Of a stretch of DNA of 64,000 nucleotides, positions 10,636 through 21,000 are shown piece after piece (the first letter of the stretch is position 1; the number at the start of each line of letters is the position of its first letter). Source of the stretch: a virus; the IMG/VR virus record IMGVR_UViG_3300025890_000019. One strand, written 5' to 3'. Position numbers and translations under genes: made by a program. The notes below the pieces were generated by a model, which ran no database searches, had not been told where the DNA came from, and saw only the letters and a program-made list of their open reading frames with translations.

Positions 10636-11097
10636 ATGTCAAACACAGTTGGTCAGGATACTTCCGTATATCTTCAAAATGGTATCAAAGACAGATACTT
10701 TTATGGATTACGAAGAACCGACGAAGGAACTTTATTCATCGGTAAGGTTGACCAATTATCTGCCAACGATCCTGTATCAATAAACAATCCAGGAAACATT
10801 GACGACAACTTTAAAGAATTTGATCAAGGTTATGATTTCTTTGAAGGTAGAGATTTAAATCATGCTAAACCATTTAAAAATTTAAGATACGAACAATTTA
10901 GATGGGACGATGTAAATTTAAATTATTATATTAATTCCGAAGGAGAATTGGTTGTAAGAATTAACAGTAACGTAGGTGATGGAGCAATTACATATCCACA
11001 AACAGACGAAACTGTGATTGTAGAACAAACAGTATTCACTTTGGATAGAACAAATTACTTAATGGACAGTAATGAAATAACATTCGATAGAGGATAA
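10636..11097 (+). CDS. Hypothetical virion protein (paralog of 12412)
   Basis: Shares RYFYGLRRTD.G.L, PGNID.N, DFFEGRD, YEQ..WD..NL.YY.NSEGELV with 12412-12786. Confidence 0.7.
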   Translation: MSNTVGQDTSVYLQNGIKDRYFYGLRRTDEGTLFIGKVDQLSANDPVSINNPGNIDDNFKEFDQGYDFFEGRDLNHAKPFKNLRYEQFRWDDVNLNYYINSEGELVVRINSNVGDGAITYPQTDETVIVEQTVFTLDRTNYLMDSNEITFDRG

Positions 11098-11115
11098 AGT
11101 AGGAGGAAAAAACGA

Positions 11116-12405
11116 ATGACACGACAACTTATAAACACTGGTATTATTCCAAATGACGGTCAAGGAGACTCGTTAAGGGACGCTGGTGGAAAAATGAACA
11201 ACAATTTTCAAGAATTGTACACAGCTCTTGGAAACGGAACAGCATTGACAATAGTCAATAACAATTTGATTACTGCCACTGGTGCAAACAAAATTACTTT
11301 TTTATATTCAACTCTAGCAGATTTACCAAGTGCGGCAACGTATCATGGTATGTTTGCTCACGTACACGGTGAGAATGCTTCCTACTATGCTCACGCAGGT
11401 GCTTGGGTAAAAATTGCAGATGCGAATAAATCTATCGGAATGTTTTCAGATGTTGATCTGACAGCAACAGCAACCAACGGACAAGCATTGATTTATGATG
11501 CAGGTTCACAAACTTGGAAACCAGGTGATGTTGCCGCAGGTGGCGGTGGTGGTGGCGGTGGTGCAACTGCATTCACTGGATTGACTGACACTCCAGCAAC
11601 TTTCTCAGGACTAGCAGGAGGTTTCTTACAAGTAAACGGCACTGCAGATGCGTTAGAAATTGTTGCGGCGTTTTCAATTGATAAACTTTCAGATGTTGAC
11701 ACAACAACAACTTCGCCTACTTCAGGACAAGTTCTAAAATGGAATGGTACAGCATGGGTACCTGGTGATGATGCAACAACAGGTGGCGGTGGTACAGATG
11801 CTGACACTCTTGATGGATTAGACAGCACATATTATTTGAACTACAACAACTTGAACAACAAACCAACTGTTCCAACTTCAATATTAACATTGACAGATAC
11901 TCCTTCAACTTTTTCAGGTTCGGCAGGAAGAACAGTTAAAGTAAACGCAGGTGGAACAGCATTAGAATTTGTTGCAGATGCAGGCGGTGGAGCAAGTACT
12001 CTTAATGATTTAACTGATGTAACAATATCAACACCAGAACAAGGTGATGTATTGTACTACAACGGAACAAACTGGGTGAAACAAAACGGTCCAACAATGA
12101 GATGGAATGTTGGAGCCGCAGGTTCATCTAATTACACTTTTACAGGTCCAGGATTTTCGGCTTCAACCAATGATCCTGTTTTATACTTGATGAGAGGACA
12201 CACTTATGTTTTTGTAAATTCGACAGGTGCTAGTCACCCATTCGAATTTAGAGTATCAAACGGTGGTGCAGAATACACATCAGGTGTAAGTGGAAGCAAA
12301 ACAGGAACACAGGTTTTAGAAGTTCCTATGGATGCTCCAAGTTCACTGTATTACCAATGTACAATTCACTCAGCAATGGGTAACACAATCAACATAGTGA
12401 GTTAA
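11116..12405 (+). CDS. Baseplate-attached fibre protein with T4 gp9/gp10-like N-terminus and C-terminal cupredoxin-like domain
   Basis: N-term INTG..PNDGQGDSLR.AGGK.N.NF.ELY; L.DV....GQ.L.W.G..W and F..LTDTP repeats; C-term HPF...YYQCTIHSAMG. Confidence 0.7.
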   Translation: MTRQLINTGIIPNDGQGDSLRDAGGKMNNNFQELYTALGNGTALTIVNNNLITATGANKITFLYSTLADLPSAATYHGMFAHVHGENASYYAHAGAWVKIADANKSIGMFSDVDLTATATNGQALIYDAGSQTWKPGDVAAGGGGGGGGATAFTGLTDTPATFSGLAGGFLQVNGTADALEIVAAFSIDKLSDVDTTTTSPTSGQVLKWNGTAWVPGDDATTGGGGTDADTLDGLDSTYYLNYNNLNNKPTVPTSILTLTDTPSTFSGSAGRTVKVNAGGTALEFVADAGGGASTLNDLTDVTISTPEQGDVLYYNGTNWVKQNGPTMRWNVGAAGSSNYTFTGPGFSASTNDPVLYLMRGHTYVFVNSTGASHPFEFRVSNGGAEYTSGVSGSKTGTQVLEVPMDAPSSLYYQCTIHSAMGNTINIVS

Positions 12406-12411
12406 TAGATA

Positions 12412-12786
12412 ATGGCACAAGTATTTGGCGTAGGCATAGACGAATTACAAAAGACACTGGCGAACAATAGATATTTCTATGGTTTGCGTAGAACAGATGC
12501 TGGCGAATTATACATGGTGAAATCAGATTTATTAAGACTAGAAGATGGAGTACAATTGAATAGACCAGGCAATATTGATGAAAACTACAATAATTGGAGT
12601 AGAGGAGAAGACTTTTTTGAAGGTAGGGATCAGCAACACAGAAAAAACTTTCCAAATTTAGTGTACGAACAGTACAAATGGGATGGTAGAAACCTGTTTT
12701 ATTACGTGAATAGTGAAGGCGAATTAGTATTAAAAGTTAACGAGGCTCACACATATCCAGGATATGTGGAACCTTATAGTACATAA
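12412..12786 (+). CDS. Hypothetical virion protein (paralog of 10636)
   Basis: 124 aa, motifs shared with 10636-11097. Confidence 0.7.
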   Translation: MAQVFGVGIDELQKTLANNRYFYGLRRTDAGELYMVKSDLLRLEDGVQLNRPGNIDENYNNWSRGEDFFEGRDQQHRKNFPNLVYEQYKWDGRNLFYYVNSEGELVLKVNEAHTYPGYVEPYST

Positions 12787-12814
12787 GGAAATAAATACAT
12801 ATAGGAATTAATCA

Positions 12815-15800
12815 ATGGCAGATTTTCGAATAGATAGAATTAGATTTAGATGGAGAGGTGATTGGTCAGCCAACACTCTTTATGTAAAAGATGATGTATT
12901 AAGATACGGTGCAAAAGTATTTGTATGTGTTGAAGTACACACATCAGACACAAACTTTTACAACGACTTAAACAACGCAACTCCAAGATGGTCTCAAATG
13001 ATGGACGGTCAAAGTTGGACTGGCGAATGGACACCTTCAACATTTTATAAAATTGGCGAACTGGTTAAAGTTGGTGGTTTAATTTACAAATGTATTGAAG
13101 GACATATTTCAAATTCATCTGCATCAAATGGTGTACTAGGAGATGAATTAAAATGGGTGTACTTTGCTCGTGGAGAAGATTGGCAAAGTGTTTGGACACC
13201 TGCTACACTTTACAACGTTGACCAAACAGTAATTTACGGTGGATCAATTTGGAAATGTAACACAGCACACACTTCAGGAACTGCTGATGACGGTTTACAA
13301 TTCAATGCAGACTACTGGGATCAATATTCTAGATCAGACAATTTTAGAAGTGATTGGACTTCCAACACATTATACTATCCAGATGATATTGTGTATTATG
13401 GTGGTACAGTGTTTAGATGTCTAACAGGACACAGATCAGCCGCTTCTAATAAATTTGTAAATCCTACTGCCACATACGGCGGTGCAGAAGGAACAGGATT
13501 TCAATTTTTTATTTTTAAAGTTGGAGCAACTTACAATATCAAAATCACAAACGGTGGTTCAACTTATCTTGCTTCAGAAACTTTTACAATTTTAGGATCA
13601 GCAGTGGGCGGAGCAACACCGGCCAATGATATCACAATCACAATCAACACAGTCGACAATGGTGCTATAACCACAGTCGGAGTAAATGGTGTTGCCAATG
13701 ATGCCGCTGATGGACTAGAGGCAAACAGTGCCCAATGGGAAACTGTTTTCACAGGAATTAAATATAGAGGCGATTATGCTCATGGAGAAAGATATGCAGT
13801 AGGAGAACTTGTAAGATGGTCTCCAGGTATGTGGCAAGTGACCACAGGTCATTGGGCTACTGATGTCAACATGGTTGAAAGCAATTTCAATCTATGGATA
13901 CCAGGTTACGAATTTGAAGACGAATGGACAATTTCTCAATACTATCAACAAGGTGATGTTGTACTGTATGGAGGTTACACATATGTTGCGTTACAAAGTA
14001 ACATTGGTGTTGAACCTGCTGTTACAGATGCCACTGCAACTTGGGAATTACAAGTGGCTGGTTACACATTCAAAGGTGAGTGGGTAGCAACTTACATTGT
14101 TAACGATCAAGCAGAACCATTTCCATACAAAACTGGTGATGTGGTAAGAGCTGGTGGTGATTTATATATTGCAACACGAGACAATGAAAGTGTAGATCCT
14201 TCAACAAGAAGTGCATATGATCCAGGATCTGATGATCCATGGCCTTGGCAATTATTGGTAACAGGTAATGCATTCAAAGGACCTTGGAAAGAACAAGATT
14301 TAAATGGTCTCACAGGCGAATCAACGTACTTCCCGGGTGATGTTGTCACAGTGGCAGGCACACTCTACAAATGTATTTTAAAACATGAAGCAAATTCATC
14401 AGATGCAAAACCGCCACTGGATTTTGAATCTGAAAATGTTGGACCTTACTGGCAACTGTTAGCAACAGGACACACACCAAACGTGTTGGAATATCCTGGA
14501 GATATCAAAACTCAAAACGATGATTCAACAAGATTAAGAATTGGTGTAGGTGAATCAGGACAATTATTAAAAGTTGGATCAAATGACATTCCTTTCTGGG
14601 AAGACTTTGACGTAACTCCAAAAGTTTATTATGTATCGCCAGAAGGTAAAGACCTTGAAACACAAGGAGGTCAATTGGCGGCTCCTTTCAAAACAATTAA
14701 ATTTGCATGTGATTACATCAATGGCGACTTAGCCACTAGATCACCTGCAACAATTTTTATAAAAACAGGATTATATCAAGAAATTTTACCCATCACTGTG
14801 CCAAGAGACACAGCATTAGTTGGAGATGAACTGAGAAGCACAGAAGTAAAACCAGCGGCGGGTTACGAAACATCAAATATGTTTTATGTTAACAACGGTT
14901 CAGGCATTAGAAACATGTCATTGAGCGGATTAACAGGAACATTAGGAGCAATCAATCAATACGGAACAAAAAGACCATCAGGTGGAGCGTTTGTTTCACT
15001 AAACCCTGGGTCAGGTGCGTCAGATGCCGCGGCTTGGATCACAACACGTTCTTGTTATGTACAAAACGTATCAACGTTTGGAACAGGTTGTGTAGGTTTA
15101 AAAGTTGACGGAGATTTACACAATGGTGGTAATAAATCAATTGTTGCCAATGACTTTACACAGGTTATTGATAACGGTATTGGTTTCTGGGTTAACGGTG
15201 AAGGTAAAGCAGAACTTGTATCTGTGTTCACTTACTACTGTCACATAGGATATCTTGCTACTGACGGTGGTAAAGCAAGAGCAACAAATGGAAACAACTC
15301 TTATGGAGATTGGGGATCAGTTGCAGAAGGAGTTACTCCTACGGAAACGGCTATCACAGGAAAATTTAATAACAGAACACAAGAAGCTCAAGTAGATGCA
15401 GTTTACAACGATGAAAATGAAATATTTGCTTTTGCTTATGACCATGCAGGACAAGATTATACTTCTGCTACAATTGCCATAGCAGGTTCAGGAGAAGGTG
15501 CGGCGGCAACAATTAATTATGAAAACACAAGAGATGGTGCTGTAAACAAAGTAAGAATTTTAGGTCCAGGTGATTCAACACCAGCAGGGGGATCTGCATA
15601 TACAAGTAAATCAGGACCTGCAATCACAGGTACTGCAACAACAATTCAATTGAACCAACAGTTTCAAGGAACATCAGCACAAACAGTTGGACAAAGAATT
15701 TATATTTGGGAAGGTACAGGAAGAGGACAATACGGAATCATTGATGCATTCGATGAAGTAACAAAAACTTGTACAGTCAAAAAAGAATTTGATAACACAC

Positions 15801-17965
15801 CCGGTTTCCAACACTTTTTAGGTGGATTTAAAATTGAAGAAGAATTAGATCCGTCAACAAAATATTTTATTGAACCAAGAATATCATTCAGTGAACCACC
15901 ATACAGTAATTCTACAGCATCTATTTCATTAAGTGGAGAATATTTAATAGGCGCTTCAAGAAGAGTAGGAAGCACAAATGTAACTGCATTGTTAGGTAAT
16001 GGAAGAGGATTAAGATCAGTTGATTCTAGTTCTTGGACAGTAGGAAATGGTGTGCCAACACAAAACTGGAACAGTTTAGTGGGTGGTGCTAATAACTTTA
16101 TGGCAACTTCTGCCACAGGTGCTCTTGCAAGATCACAAGACGGTGCCAATTGGAGTGATCTTTCAGGCAACATTGGAGCAGACATATTCAGAGGTTGTGC
16201 ATGGGAAAATGTATCTGCACAATGGGTTGTAGTTTCAGAAACAGGTGTTGTGTACATATCGGGCGATGAAGGTCAATCATGGACTTCTAGTCAAGTAGAA
16301 CCATACGATGGATCAACGCCAGTGTTTACACACATTGCGGCAGGTAATGGTTTAATTATAATTGCAAACGACTTTGGACAAACTTGGGAATCAGTAGACG
16401 GCGGTTCAACTTTTGAATTAGCGGCTGATGTAGGTGGCGATAAATTTTTAATGCAACATCTAACATTCACTGGAGACAAATTTATAGCATCAGTACAAGA
16501 TTCACCGTTTGATGATTCAACATCAGGAAATAAATTCTTTGTATCAAATGCTAACGCGGCACAGAGTTCGACAAGTGCTGTCACAGTTTGGACAGAATCT
16601 GAAACTCCTCCACACACAGGACCATATTTAAAAGTTACAAGTTCTCAAGGAACTTTTATAGCAATCACATCCAATGGTGAGGTTGCTTATTCATATGATG
16701 CAGTGAGTTGGAAACAGTTGACAACACTGTCAGGAACTTACACAGGCATTGTGGGTGGAAGACAAACTGGTGGATATTTTGTTCCGTTAAAACAAGGAAC
16801 AATGACAGATTTAACAATACTTAAAAAAGGTGCTCCACCTTTGGCAAGAGTTATCACAAATGCAGGTAAAGTTTCTAGAATACAACTGTTAGACACAGGA
16901 TCAGGATACTCAACGTCACCGACAGTGACAATTCAAGACAATGTAAATGTTTTAGATGTGGCTGTTGAAGCAAGAATTGCCAGCGGTGTATTGAGTCAAC
17001 CAACATTCACAAACAGAGGTACAGGATTTATTAATGTAAGTGCCACAGTGGATGGAGACGGTTTTGCAGACGAATACCAAATTGGAAAAGTTATGCAAAT
17101 GAAAGAATTATCAAGAGAACCTGGACCAGGTGACTTGTTGTACATCAATGGAATTGCTGATCAAATTTACAGAGTGACACAAATTACAAAAGTTACAGGA
17201 GTTGCTCCAAATCTAACAGCACAATTTAGAATTTCACCAAGTCTAAAAGAAAATGAATCTCCGGATCATGACACATCAGTAACAATTAGACAACAGTATT
17301 CACAAGTTAGATTAACAGGACATGACTTCTTAGATATTGGTACAGGTGGCGTGACAACCACAAACTATCCAGAACTTTATACTAATGCAGGATTTACAGA
17401 AGGATACGAATCTCAACCAAACAGAGAAACTGCCAACAACGGCGGTGGTAGAGTGTTCTATACATCAACTGACCAAGATGGTAACTTCCGTGTTGGTGAA
17501 TTGTTTGAAGTAGAACAGGCAACTGGTATTGTAACACTTAACGCAGACTTATTCAATCTTCAAGGACTATCAGAATTAGCACTAGGTGGTGTTGTACTAG
17601 GTGGAACAGAAGTTGTTATTAGAGAATTTTCAACTGATCCTACAATGTCAGCAAATTCAGACAATGTTGTACCAACACAAAAAGCGATTGTAACTTATAT
17701 TGGTTCAAGAGTGTCAGGTGGTGGTGCTAACTTGAATGTTTCAGGTTTTAGAGCAGGTCAAATTAAGGTAAGAAATAAAGAGATATTTAATGAAGCATTT
17801 CCGGAAACAGGACAAATTGTTATTGATAGAGTTGCGAAATTAAATGGTGGAATTGACGGTTACTTGATGGCATTGAATTTTTTCACTGGTGGAACAGCAA
17901 GTACGGAACTAAATGAAGGAGATCCAATCAGTGCTATTGATAGTTCTAATGGATATGGCGAATAA
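12815..17965 (+). CDS. Large tail fibre protein: 8 N-terminal Trp-rich repeats (CBM5/12-like), beta-helix region, inserted Asp-box beta-propeller
   Basis: 1716 aa; repeats W.G.W...T.Y...D.V.YGG..Y.C...H.S; YYVSPEGKD..GG....PFKTI..AC; S.DG..W Asp-boxes at ~15900-16830; paralog of 18001. Confidence 0.75.
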   Translation: MADFRIDRIRFRWRGDWSANTLYVKDDVLRYGAKVFVCVEVHTSDTNFYNDLNNATPRWSQMMDGQSWTGEWTPSTFYKIGELVKVGGLIYKCIEGHISNSSASNGVLGDELKWVYFARGEDWQSVWTPATLYNVDQTVIYGGSIWKCNTAHTSGTADDGLQFNADYWDQYSRSDNFRSDWTSNTLYYPDDIVYYGGTVFRCLTGHRSAASNKFVNPTATYGGAEGTGFQFFIFKVGATYNIKITNGGSTYLASETFTILGSAVGGATPANDITITINTVDNGAITTVGVNGVANDAADGLEANSAQWETVFTGIKYRGDYAHGERYAVGELVRWSPGMWQVTTGHWATDVNMVESNFNLWIPGYEFEDEWTISQYYQQGDVVLYGGYTYVALQSNIGVEPAVTDATATWELQVAGYTFKGEWVATYIVNDQAEPFPYKTGDVVRAGGDLYIATRDNESVDPSTRSAYDPGSDDPWPWQLLVTGNAFKGPWKEQDLNGLTGESTYFPGDVVTVAGTLYKCILKHEANSSDAKPPLDFESENVGPYWQLLATGHTPNVLEYPGDIKTQNDDSTRLRIGVGESGQLLKVGSNDIPFWEDFDVTPKVYYVSPEGKDLETQGGQLAAPFKTIKFACDYINGDLATRSPATIFIKTGLYQEILPITVPRDTALVGDELRSTEVKPAAGYETSNMFYVNNGSGIRNMSLSGLTGTLGAINQYGTKRPSGGAFVSLNPGSGASDAAAWITTRSCYVQNVSTFGTGCVGLKVDGDLHNGGNKSIVANDFTQVIDNGIGFWVNGEGKAELVSVFTYYCHIGYLATDGGKARATNGNNSYGDWGSVAEGVTPTETAITGKFNNRTQEAQVDAVYNDENEIFAFAYDHAGQDYTSATIAIAGSGEGAAATINYENTRDGAVNKVRILGPGDSTPAGGSAYTSKSGPAITGTATTIQLNQQFQGTSAQTVGQRIYIWEGTGRGQYGIIDAFDEVTKTCTVKKEFDNTPGFQHFLGGFKIEEELDPSTKYFIEPRISFSEPPYSNSTASISLSGEYLIGASRRVGSTNVTALLGNGRGLRSVDSSSWTVGNGVPTQNWNSLVGGANNFMATSATGALARSQDGANWSDLSGNIGADIFRGCAWENVSAQWVVVSETGVVYISGDEGQSWTSSQVEPYDGSTPVFTHIAAGNGLIIIANDFGQTWESVDGGSTFELAADVGGDKFLMQHLTFTGDKFIASVQDSPFDDSTSGNKFFVSNANAAQSSTSAVTVWTESETPPHTGPYLKVTSSQGTFIAITSNGEVAYSYDAVSWKQLTTLSGTYTGIVGGRQTGGYFVPLKQGTMTDLTILKKGAPPLARVITNAGKVSRIQLLDTGSGYSTSPTVTIQDNVNVLDVAVEARIASGVLSQPTFTNRGTGFINVSATVDGDGFADEYQIGKVMQMKELSREPGPGDLLYINGIADQIYRVTQITKVTGVAPNLTAQFRISPSLKENESPDHDTSVTIRQQYSQVRLTGHDFLDIGTGGVTTTNYPELYTNAGFTEGYESQPNRETANNGGGRVFYTSTDQDGNFRVGELFEVEQATGIVTLNADLFNLQGLSELALGGVVLGGTEVVIREFSTDPTMSANSDNVVPTQKAIVTYIGSRVSGGGANLNVSGFRAGQIKVRNKEIFNEAFPETGQIVIDRVAKLNGGIDGYLMALNFFTGGTASTELNEGDPISAIDSSNGYGE

Positions 17966-18000
17966 TGATAAATAACTTTAATAAGAGGATATATTAACCC

Positions 18001-21000
18001 ATGGCTGAGTTTAAATTAGGTAGAATACGTTTTGTTTGGAAAGGTGCTTGGTATACAAGTGCCCTTTATTCTGTAGATGATGTTGTAAGATATGGTGGTA
18101 GAACTTACATCTGTATAGTAAACCACACTTCTGCGGCAGAATTCCAAGATGATTTAACAGCGGCAAACTGGGCATTGATGTCCGATGGTCAAGAATGGAA
18201 AGGCGATTGGGGAGTCAACACAACTTACAAACCAAATGACGTTGTAAAATACGGTGGTTACATTTATATTTGTAACACAGGTCATGCCTCAAACGCAGAT
18301 GTTAACATTGGACTAGAAGGTGATCTTTCAAAATGGGATCTTTTCATTGAAGGTTTTGATTACAAAACAGACTGGGCAATCAGCACAAGATACAAAGTAA
18401 ACGATTTAGTAAGATACGGTGCAACCGTATACCTTTGTGTAACTGAACACACATCAGCATCAACTTTATCTGATGGATTAGAATTAGACCTTGCAAAATG
18501 GGAAGTGTTTGCAAAAGGATTTAACTGGTTAAACACTTGGGCTATCAACACAAGATACAAACCAAATGACACAGTAAGATATGGTGGACAACTTTACGTT
18601 TGTATCACTGGACACACTTCAGCGGCGACAGTTGCATTAGGATTAGAAAACGATCAAGCAAAATGGCAATACCTACACAAAGGTATTGAATATCTAGGCG
18701 ATTGGGTAACAGCAACAAGATACAAAGTAAATGACGTTGCAAAATATGGTGCTAACTTATGGATTGCAACAGCGGCTCACACAGCAGGCGCATCATTGGC
18801 GGCTGACGAAGCCAACTGGGACATTTTTATTCCAGGTTTAGAATTTGAAGATTCATGGGATTCCTCAACGCAGTACCAACCAGGTGACATTGTTACTTAC
18901 GGAGGTTACCAATACGTTGGATTAAGAAATAACTTAAACAAAGTTCCATCAACTGAAACGGCTGATTGGGATATATTTGTTACAGGTTTCAGTTTAAAAG
19001 GTGACTACAACAACGCAACTGCTTACAAAACAGGTGACGTAGTTAGAGTTGGTGGTACAACTTATATTGCTATTGCTGACACAACAGGAAACAGACCACC
19101 AAGTGTACTACACTGGGATAAATTAAACGAGGGTTTATACTGGAGAGGCACGTGGGCTAACGCAAATGTTTACGACAAAGGTGATATTGTAAGAGGATCT
19201 GTAAACACAGACACATCTTATATTTGTATAACATCACACACAGCAAACAATGTTGGACCAGCAACAATCAACCAACCAGATTATGCACCAGGAGTTGGTG
19301 TTGATACATCTGTTTGGCAATTGTTATCAGGTGGTCCAGAAAATGATGTTTTAGAATCAGAAGGTGACATTTTAATTTACGGTGCTTCAGGACCAGCAAG
19401 ATTACCAATTGGTGCTTCAGGACAAGCACTTGTTGTAAACTCTGCAGGTACTTTACCTGAATGGGGATTTGTTGGACAAGTAGATCAAGTTTACTATGTA
19501 GGACCAAATGGAACTGATGAACCGGCGCCTAACGCAGGTGTAACATTGGACAGACCATTCAGAAACATTAGATATGCACTACACCAAATTGATTTAGGAC
19601 CAAGAAATCCACAAGGTGTAAATCTATTAACCAGAAACAAAGCATTCATACAAGACGAAGTAATTGCATGGATCAATGATCAAATTACAGGAAATATTTC
19701 ACCATTCACAAATGCGTTCACTTATGACGCTGTGAAATGTAGAAGAGATATAGGAATTATTATTGATGCAACAATTAATGATCTGAAAAAAGGCGGAAAT
19801 GTCAAATCAAGAGAAGCGGCACTTTCTTATTTTACAGATTTAGGTGCTAGTTATGTTGCAGGACAAGAAGCAGAAACTGCCGCGGCAATTGTAAGAGCGG
19901 CATACATTGCTCAACAAGTGGTTGTAAATTCTACAGGTTACACGCCAGATCAAGCAACAACATTACAAGTATCAGATTTAACAAAAGTTGCAGAAGCAAC
20001 AGTGGTAGCAGACATAGAAACATTGATGACACTTTCATCAGATGCTATAACGGCTGGAGTTATCACAGGCATTCCTGCAAAATCACAACCTCAAATCACA
20101 CTGAATGTGAAAACAGGTATATACAACGAAATTTTACCAATGAGTGTTGCGGCAAATTGTGCTGTGGTTGGAGATGAATTGAGATCAACCAACATCAGAC
20201 CGGCGGCTTCAGTAGTTGCAAACGGTGATGTTCAATATTCTTTACAAGGTATTCAACGTATGGAAGCAATTATTTCAGATGTAATTCAAAACAATGCTGT
20301 TACAGTAACACCATCAGGTGGTATCATCACAGTGCCAACTGGTGCAAGTTTAGGTTACCAAGGTGCTGGTTTAATTGAAGGTACAGGCACAGTTAACACA
20401 ACAGCATCAGGATCAGGAACAGGTGCTACATTTACATTGACAACCAACGCATTTGGTTTTGTTACAGGATTAACTGTGTTAACTCCAGGACAAAATTATG
20501 TTGTAGGTGAAACAATCACTATTCCTTCAACAGAAACAATCAACAATCCGGGTACTGGTGACACAGCAATTGGTGAAACAATCACATTCCAAGTGTTAAC
20601 AGTGACAACAGGAAACACAGTCACACAAAACTTGGCAGTGCCAGCAGGTTCAAGTGCGGCAGGTACAGCGGCGGCGGCGATTGCTGATAATATTGAAAAA
20701 TACATTGACTTCAAAATCAATGACAATGGCACTGAACCAGCATTGACTGGTTCAAACACAGCAGAAGTCAGTGCTGGATACACAGATGCACGTCTAAGAT
20801 TGTTAGCCAACAGAGATTTTATTGCTAAAGAGTGTGCTGAATTTGTGAAAAGAGCAAATCCAGGTTACTCATTTGGTCAAAATGACTGTGAAGACGATAT
20901 TAAAGATTATGTAGACGGAATTATTTACGATTTACAGTACACAGGAAACTATATGTCACTGAAAGGTGCTAAATGGTATGTGAATGCTGTAGAAGGTTCA

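Noticed and set aside
11536-11563. GGT/GGC run as a contingency (phase-variable) repeat
   Set aside because: In-frame poly-Gly linker with mixed codons; length change would not shift the frame.
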